In this document: positions 58,278 to 64,000 of the stretch, one piece after another
How the letters are laid out: every line of letters begins with the position of its first letter
Numbering within the stretch: position 1 is the first letter of the stretch
Origin: a bacterium
GTDB lineage: Bacteria > JAMCPX01
Assembly: GCA_037439545.1 (NCBI GenBank)
Contig: JBBIVV010000003.1
Span: 12,906 to 76,905 of the forward strand
Length of the DNA stretch: 64,000 bases
Direction: 5' to 3'
Program-made: the position numbers and the translations under genes
The notes under the pieces: generated by a model
Seen by the model: only the letters and a program-made list of their open reading frames with translations
What the model was told of the DNA's origin: nothing
Database searches by the model: none

Positions 58278-58319
58278 GCTCGCCTTGACCCCGTTATTTA
58301 TAGCGGGGTCAAGGCGAGC
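58278..58319. repeat. perfect 16-bp-stem hairpin
   Basis: GCTCGCCTTGACCCCG-ttatttatag-CGGGGTCAAGGCGAGC. Confidence 0.8.
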
Positions 58320-58346
58320 TATACGATCAACCTATTCGCTACCGAC

Positions 58347-58380
58347 GAAGAATCCACGCTGTTTACAGCGTGGATTCTTC
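58347..58380. repeat. perfect 15-bp-stem hairpin abutting the stop of acylase paralogue 2
   Basis: GAAGAATCCACGCTG-ttta-CAGCGTGGATTCTTC, ending 7 nt before the stop codon at 58388-58390. Confidence 0.8.
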
Positions 58381-58387
58381 AATGATA

Positions 58388-61312
58388 CTACTGCGGCTGG
58401 AATATGACCCTTGATTCTGCGTTTTTCAGTATGTCCTTCGGATAGAACCACAGCGGGTGTTCCTGGTTGTTGACCCAAAGATTCGCCTGGTCGCCATAAT
58501 GCTTGGGCGGATTGTCGAGATCAGGTCCAAGTCCGGACTCGCCTCCGGGTAAGACATTGAAAGCGGTTATGTCCCCGGGCTTCATCTGGACGGAGAACCT
58601 GATGGCAGGTCCTGAGCTATAGGTATAATCCGTCGGATAATTCATCTGAATATCGTTTGCTCCAAGTTCCCCGGGGTCGACCGTATAGTTGCTGCCGGGC
58701 CGTGGATAGCCCTTGCCGGTTGACGGCAGGTTTATTTGCGGGAAGAGATTACCTGCCGAGTTCAGCAGGTTCATCAATGTCAGTGTATGAATGCTGCCCC
58801 AGAGCCATTGCGTCATATCGGTCGTCTTGAAGACATTGGATGAGAGCTCATTCAGTCCTGCCTGGAGGCTTTCCATCATCACCTGATTCACGGTCCGTGT
58901 GGTATAGGTATACCCGCCGCCATTGAGAACAAGCTTGTCGAACAGCATGCTCTGGTTTCGTACGGGAGAATACAGGGCTGTTTCTGTCGGATATTCGAGC
59001 GCCTTGAGCAATGAAGTGACAAGGTTGAACTCCACAATGCCGGGCGGATCCGTTATGCCGAGTGCAGCAAATTTGTCCTTATACACGTCCTGGAACAGTG
59101 CTTGTGCAAATCCCTCGTATATGGACGTAGCGATGCTGTCGTTGACCTGCTGCGTTGTTTCCGAGATGCCGGTCGGGGTATCGAACGTCCATTGATTCAG
59201 ATAGCCCATTGCCTGTGTTTCCATAGGCGTTACGGTCAGACTGTTTGCCGTGAAGTAATTGTACGCAGTCTGCAGAAAAGGCATGATCCTTTTTGCATAG
59301 GTATCCGTGTGGTCTGCCTGCATTTTGTTCTGTATAACATTAAAATCTATATTCGGTTCATTTGCATTGATATCATCGTTGATCTCTTTTGCCCTGAATC
59401 CGGGATCAAAGAACGCACCGAGATAATTGGGGTTTTCGAGCGGTTCATTATTGTAGGTAACCCCGACAGTATCCTGGTTCGCCGTTGCAATATATCCGAC
59501 CGATGGATTCGTGGTAAAAGGTACTGCCGCAGCAGACAGAAAGCCTGTCCATGTAAATGCACTGCCGCCAGGCAGAACAAGGTAGGGAGGATATTCATAG
59601 TTTTCATAGGTCAGGCCTGTATAGGGAAGCCCTACAGTCGTATGGATCGATGTTCCTGAAGCGCGTACCGGTATTGTGCACTGATCTGTAAGGTAGATAT
59701 TGCCGGATATATCCGCGTATACGAAATTCTGTGCCCCGAGCTTGAAGTCTGACTGAGCGGCTATAAACTGGCTCAGGTCCTGTGCTTGATCTATACCGTA
59801 GAATGCGCCGAGTTCGTTGGACGGGAGAAAGCCTGTCCAAGTCAATGCAAGGGCTGCCGATGTCGGGTTGCCGGGTATATAGCTTCCGGGTATAATCGGC
59901 AATGAGCCCATGCCCTGTATGGTCACATAGTATGTGTTTACCGTTCCTGTCGTAATCTTATTGCCGTTGAACAATCCTCCGAATGTCAAGGTCAAAGGCA
60001 CGGTTGTTATGGGGAGCGTCCATCCGTCGTAGCCGACCGTATCAGGAGAGCCCGTCGTTACGGTGAATTGATATATATCAATTATGTCAGGGCCAAAAAC
60101 AGTGACTCCCCATGCAATGGCATCATTATGTCCTACGATGACGCCCGGAGCCAGGGGAAATACGACACCGGCAACGTCGATATTACCGTTTCCAACTGCC
60201 TCTGTATTGTCATGCACCTCATAGAATATGGGAGGGTTGAACAATTGCAGATGTGTGTCGTTTGCAAGCATTGCATAATGATTCGTCGTGAGTGCCGGAC
60301 CGATTGTCCAGTTATTGCTGCCTTTCTTACCCAAAGGCTGCGGTCTGAATAACGCACCCATAGGTCCGTCATAGATAGAATTATAAAAGCGCATCGCACC
60401 CTGCAGTGAGACGGGACTGATGACGGTTTTGTGTTGATTCACACTGCTCATCACAGGGGGGAGCATACCCAATGTACTCAGAGACGTCGTCGTTGCTTTG
60501 GCAAAGGGGTTTGGCAAAGGCACAGCAGGGGCTTTTGCAGCAGGTTCGGATCTCACAATATCGTAGGTAAGCCCTGTAAAATGCCGGAGCCCGGTATCAG
60601 TGGCTGTAAATGCAAATACGGATTTCACGTTGTCAAGAAAGGAGGTAAGCGCGATTTTGGTCCCGTCATCTTCTCCCGAGAGGCTGTAGGACATATATTT
60701 ACCGAATGCGATTATGTCCATGGGTGTGAACGGTTTTATGGCAGTAACCGTGATGCCGATCTGGGAATACTCATACGGCAGGACTTTTACATTTGGATTG
60801 TTCTGCACCTGCAGTTTCAACTGGTCAAGATAGGTGTTTATACCATTACAAAATGATGTTAATACGGACTGGATCTGCGGAGATGATTGGGCATAGACGA
60901 TCGGCGCAATCGTGCTGAAGCCCAATATTCTCGAATGAATATCTTCATCCACGATACCGGGCATATTACCGAGATATTCGGTCAAGGTCCCGTCTCCGAT
61001 ATGCCTGAACATATCCATTTCGAATAATCTGTCGGACGCCTGGACATAACCCTGTGCAAATGCCACATCGGTCATGGTACGCCCGTATATATGGGGTATA
61101 CCGTAAACGTCTCTTATGACCTCGACAGGATATTGAAGAGAACTCTTTGGTATGTTTATGGTCTGACTGACAGCCAAACCTGTGAACGGATCATTCGGGC
61201 CTATTGAAGTGCTTCCGCCTGAGCTGCTCGAGCACGCGTTAAATTGCAGGACCGATAAAATCAACGCTGCAATGCCTGCGGCTGAGAACCATGAATGTTT
61301 TGTGGACGGCAT
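58388..61312 (-). CDS. penicillin/AHL-acylase-family Ntn hydrolase, lipoprotein-type, long form (paralogue 2)
   Basis: Signal peptide plus Cys (LSVLQFNAC). VIRDVYGIPHIYG and AQGYVQASDRLFEMD. G/SNNW with Ser332 (codon 60317-60319). The length is 974 aa. It is collinear with 55178..58162 throughout. Confidence 0.85.
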   Translation of the reverse strand: MPSTKHSWFSAAGIAALILSVLQFNACSSSSGGSTSIGPNDPFTGLAVSQTINIPKSSLQYPVEVIRDVYGIPHIYGRTMTDVAFAQGYVQASDRLFEMDMFRHIGDGTLTEYLGNMPGIVDEDIHSRILGFSTIAPIVYAQSSPQIQSVLTSFCNGINTYLDQLKLQVQNNPNVKVLPYEYSQIGITVTAIKPFTPMDIIAFGKYMSYSLSGEDDGTKIALTSFLDNVKSVFAFTATDTGLRHFTGLTYDIVRSEPAAKAPAVPLPNPFAKATTTSLSTLGMLPPVMSSVNQHKTVISPVSLQGAMRFYNSIYDGPMGALFRPQPLGKKGSNNWTIGPALTTNHYAMLANDTHLQLFNPPIFYEVHDNTEAVGNGNIDVAGVVFPLAPGVIVGHNDAIAWGVTVFGPDIIDIYQFTVTTGSPDTVGYDGWTLPITTVPLTLTFGGLFNGNKITTGTVNTYYVTIQGMGSLPIIPGSYIPGNPTSAALALTWTGFLPSNELGAFYGIDQAQDLSQFIAAQSDFKLGAQNFVYADISGNIYLTDQCTIPVRASGTSIHTTVGLPYTGLTYENYEYPPYLVLPGGSAFTWTGFLSAAAVPFTTNPSVGYIATANQDTVGVTYNNEPLENPNYLGAFFDPGFRAKEINDDINANEPNIDFNVIQNKMQADHTDTYAKRIMPFLQTAYNYFTANSLTVTPMETQAMGYLNQWTFDTPTGISETTQQVNDSIATSIYEGFAQALFQDVYKDKFAALGITDPPGIVEFNLVTSLLKALEYPTETALYSPVRNQSMLFDKLVLNGGGYTYTTRTVNQVMMESLQAGLNELSSNVFKTTDMTQWLWGSIHTLTLMNLLNSAGNLFPQINLPSTGKGYPRPGSNYTVDPGELGANDIQMNYPTDYTYSSGPAIRFSVQMKPGDITAFNVLPGGESGLGPDLDNPPKHYGDQANLWVNNQEHPLWFYPKDILKNAESRVIFQPQ

Positions 61313-61501
61313 ATTCTCCTCCCAACGATAAATTTAAGAATATTCTTTAGTATATTTCCGGCATGAAAGCAAGATAAAGCATAGCCCCGCGCTGCATCAG
61401 GTATGGGATGACAAAACAAGAAGACAAAGGATGTCGCGATGTTGCTTTTTTATTATGAAAGATGTATTGCAGGGTTATGACCGAAAAAAGGATTTATCCC
61501 T

Positions 61502-62671
61502 ATGCTTGACAGGAACAAGATTAGAAAAGACGCAGAACGGTACCTTATGGACGGTGCCTATGAAAAGGCCATAGAAGAACTCGGTAAACTGTGTGTCATA
61601 GAAACGAATGATCCATGGGTCTGGAATTCGCTCGGTGAATGCTATGCGAGCATCAACGACGAAAAGAAGGCCGTGAAGAATTTTATGATGGCGCACAAGA
61701 AGTTCCTCCAGCAGAATGACCTCCAGTCCGGTTTGTCTGCTTTGGAGCGTGTCCTGGCCATTGATTCCGGAAACAAAGAGGCTGAAGAGGACCGGACAAG
61801 GCTGTTGGCCAAGCTCTCTAAAGAGGGTGTCAAGCCCATCAAGAGCGTTGCGAAGAGAATACCCATATTCTCCGAGATAGAAGAGCAAGAATTAGACGAT
61901 ATACTCAAGATTGCCAGGGCCATTACCCTGCCTCAGGACAAAACGATAATCAAGGACGGAAGTAAAGGCGATTCTATTTATTTTATCATATCGGGTATTG
62001 TCAGTGTTTCTAAAAAGGACAAGGACGGAAAGGACATCATGCTCGATACGCTCTCTGACGGCGATTTCTTCGGCGAATTCGGGTTCTTTACCGGCGGCAA
62101 GAGGCAGGCGACCGTCGTATCCGCGAGTTCAGTAGAGCTTTATGAATTTACAAAGCAGGAAATGGAGGGTGTCGCACAGAAGCATCCGAATGTATCGAAG
62201 GTGATGGTCGATTTCTATAAAAAGCGGGTCCTCAGCAACATTATCGCCATGACGCCCGTATTCAGCGAGTTGAATAATAACGAAAGAGAAGATATTATAA
62301 ACAGGTTTGAACTCATGGTCGTGGAACCAGACAAGGCTGTCGTAAAAGAAGGGGACATTGGTGACGCAATGTATATTGTGAAAGACGGTGCCTTGCAGGT
62401 GAGCACGGTTGACGGCAAGGGCAAACCGGTCATGCTGGCAGAGCTCGGTGAAGGTGACATATTCGGCGAGGTTGCATTGATAACAGACAAGCCCCGGACA
62501 GCCACGGTAAAGACCCTGAAACAGAGCAGGCTGATGAAACTTAGGAAGGAAGATTTCAAAGAGATCGTCGAGCAATACGAATCCGTGAAAAACATGGTCA
62601 TGCAGACGATAAGCGAGAGGGCAGAGGACACCATAAAGCGCCTGTTCGATAAAAAAAATAGAGCGCTTTGA
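61502..62671 (+). CDS. TPR-like N-terminus + two cyclic-nucleotide-binding (CAP-effector) domains
   Basis: cNMP-binding motifs FGEFGFFTGGKRQATVVS and FGEVALITDKPRTATVKT. There is no DNA-binding HTH at the C-terminus. Confidence 0.8.
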   Translation: MLDRNKIRKDAERYLMDGAYEKAIEELGKLCVIETNDPWVWNSLGECYASINDEKKAVKNFMMAHKKFLQQNDLQSGLSALERVLAIDSGNKEAEEDRTRLLAKLSKEGVKPIKSVAKRIPIFSEIEEQELDDILKIARAITLPQDKTIIKDGSKGDSIYFIISGIVSVSKKDKDGKDIMLDTLSDGDFFGEFGFFTGGKRQATVVSASSVELYEFTKQEMEGVAQKHPNVSKVMVDFYKKRVLSNIIAMTPVFSELNNNEREDIINRFELMVVEPDKAVVKEGDIGDAMYIVKDGALQVSTVDGKGKPVMLAELGEGDIFGEVALITDKPRTATVKTLKQSRLMKLRKEDFKEIVEQYESVKNMVMQTISERAEDTIKRLFDKKNRAL

Positions 62672-64000
62672 TGGCGGCTGCAATATCCGAAAGCAAGCTG
62701 AGAGAGTTAGAATTTTTAAAAAGGCTTTTTTCCATATACGAGGTCTTATCGCAGCAGAGAATCGATCGACAGATAGCCGATAAGCTGTACGATGATCTAC
62801 TCGCTCTTATTGTAAAAGAACTTTCATGCACTGCAGGAAGTCTGTTTATTATAGACAAAGACAACGGCTCACCGGTTTTTGCCGCAGTGAAAGGCGGTGA
62901 TGAAAGCCTTATCGGCAAGAAACTCGAAAAAGGCAAGGGCATTGTAGGAAATGTCGCAGAAACGGGCATAAGTTACCTATCACACGATGTATCGAAAGAC
63001 AAGACGTGGATGGGAGAGGTGAGCAAGAGCAAAGGCTTCTCGACCAGCGATATCCTTGCGTGTCCGATAAAGTACGGCGAGGAAGTCATCGGTGTCGTGG
63101 AGGTTTTGAACAAGAAGCGCGGTATCTGCAATAAAAAGGACATGAAAAGACTTCTTCAGTTGACACCGCATATCGCAGTTATCATAAAATATTTTATCGA
63201 TGAGCTTGAACGCCAGAGATTCGTCGAGATGCAGACAAAACTGTATGAGCTGTCCATGGTGCTTAACTCGGACCTTGATACAAAGGCCGTCGTAAGGAAT
63301 GCGATAAAAGCCATCGTATCACTCGTCAATGCCGATGTCGGGTCCCTCCTGCTCGTGGATAAAGAAAAGCAGGAGCTGTTTTTCGAGGTCGTGCTTGGAG
63401 ACAGCGAGAAGGCGTTGAAGGAAATACGCCTGAAATTCGGTCAGGGCATAGCAGGCTGGGTCGCACAGCAGAAACAGCCTATTATTGTCAATGACACTGC
63501 AAACGATGAGAGGTTCTATAAAAAGGCTGACGAGAAAACGGGCTTTGTCACAAAAAATGTACTGTGTGTCCCGGTGCTTTCAAAAGGTGAGGTGACCGGG
63601 GTCATACAGGCCATAAACAAAAAAGAAGAGTTGTTTGCCCCGTTTGATAAAACCGCCAGTCCGGAGATGACATCTCATCCTGGAAATGAAGCCGTAACAA
63701 AGCCGCAGCCAATGCAAGCGGCAGGAAAGAATAGTTATCGAACGGGGTTTACAAAGCATGATCTCGAGCTCCTGAAATCATTGGCGGACCAGGTGGCGAT
63801 TGCGCTCGAGAATGCGTCCCTCCATGAAGAGCTGAAAAGGACGTTTCTCGAGGTAGTGCAGTCGCTCGCAGAGGCGATAGAGAAAAGGGACCCCTACACA
63901 GGGGGGCATACAAAGCGTGTGGTAAAATATTCGCTGATGATTGCCGATCAGATAGGTGTGTCGGGCGATGAGAGGGACAGGCTTAAAATAGCTGCACTGC
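62671..64000 (+). CDS. GAF-GAF-HD-GYP domain protein (putative c-di-GMP phosphodiesterase), 3' end outside window
   Basis: Not in the ORF track because it is truncated. My translation from ATG 62671 gives MAAAISESKLRELEFLKRLF... It has two GAF-like modules (GKGIVGNVAETG..., GQGIAGWVAQQKQPIIVND...), then AEAIEKRDPYTGGHTKRVVKYSLMIADQIG, the start of an HD-GYP domain. The ATG overlaps the upstream TGA (TGATG). Confidence 0.75.
   Translation, partial: MAAAISESKLRELEFLKRLFSIYEVLSQQRIDRQIADKLYDDLLALIVKELSCTAGSLFIIDKDNGSPVFAAVKGGDESLIGKKLEKGKGIVGNVAETGISYLSHDVSKDKTWMGEVSKSKGFSTSDILACPIKYGEEVIGVVEVLNKKRGICNKKDMKRLLQLTPHIAVIIKYFIDELERQRFVEMQTKLYELSMVLNSDLDTKAVVRNAIKAIVSLVNADVGSLLLVDKEKQELFFEVVLGDSEKALKEIRLKFGQGIAGWVAQQKQPIIVNDTANDERFYKKADEKTGFVTKNVLCVPVLSKGEVTGVIQAINKKEELFAPFDKTASPEMTSHPGNEAVTKPQPMQAAGKNSYRTGFTKHDLELLKSLADQVAIALENASLHEELKRTFLEVVQSLAEAIEKRDPYTGGHTKRVVKYSLMIADQIGVSGDERDRLKIAAL

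Noticed and set aside
58347-58380. Whether the perfect 34-nt palindrome could be a CRISPR repeat or the remnant of an array.
   Set aside because: It is a single copy in the window with no repeat-spacer periodicity and no cas genes.

Overview
This is a 64-kb, densely coding chromosomal window. It comes from a diderm bacterium (LpxH-like, TolC, TonB-like and Wza-type genes) with an anaerobe-like enzyme set (four radical-SAM proteins, a 2x[4Fe-4S] ferredoxin). The taxon cannot be fixed from the sequence alone. I support about 58 protein-coding genes. Reading by eye, I found no rRNA, tRNA, CRISPR array, transposase, integrase or phage genes.

Recognisable housekeeping genes:
- rnc, apt, murJ, tatA, an lpxH-like gene, hemW, groEL (with no groES next to it) and tyrS.
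- The rpsB-tsf-pyrH-frr block.

Accessory content, in window order:
1. A minus-strand operon (5.7-11.0 kb): acyl-CoA dehydrogenase, a protein with a textbook tandem MshEN (c-di-GMP receptor) motif, a membrane-anchored lipase-like hydrolase, two divergent ArsA/GET3-type ATPases, then MurJ.
2. An ECF sigma / anti-sigma / Spy-like module directly upstream of a TolC-MacA-MacB type efflux pump, whose permease gene is bracketed by a small family of hairpin repeats.
3. A plus-strand run: B12-radical-SAM, CNNM, FAD-oxidoreductase, metallophosphoesterase, M23 peptidase, patatin.
4. A long membrane-anchored pentapeptide-repeat protein coupled to an FHA-GAF-adenylate/guanylate cyclase.
5. My best candidate for an undescribed system (41.3-49.5 kb). 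A recently duplicated pair of secreted two-module proteins carries a detachable C-terminal tail ending ...ISPM(V/R)PFED, fused in copy 1 and a separate signal-peptide-bearing gene in copy 2. A perfect sigma54 -24/-12 core lies upstream of copy 2. Two CsgG/LpoB-fold lipoproteins (one with a LytR_C domain), a Tyr-rich outer-membrane barrel, Wza and Wzc follow. There is no glycosyltransferase, flippase or polymerase gene on either flank.
6. Two tandem paralogous, unusually long lipoprotein-type Ntn (penicillin/AHL) acylases separated by three long perfect hairpins.
7. A TPR + 2x cNMP-binding protein translationally coupled (TGATG) to a GAF-GAF-HD-GYP phosphodiesterase that runs off the window.

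All functional calls come from motif recognition in the supplied translations. No database search was run.
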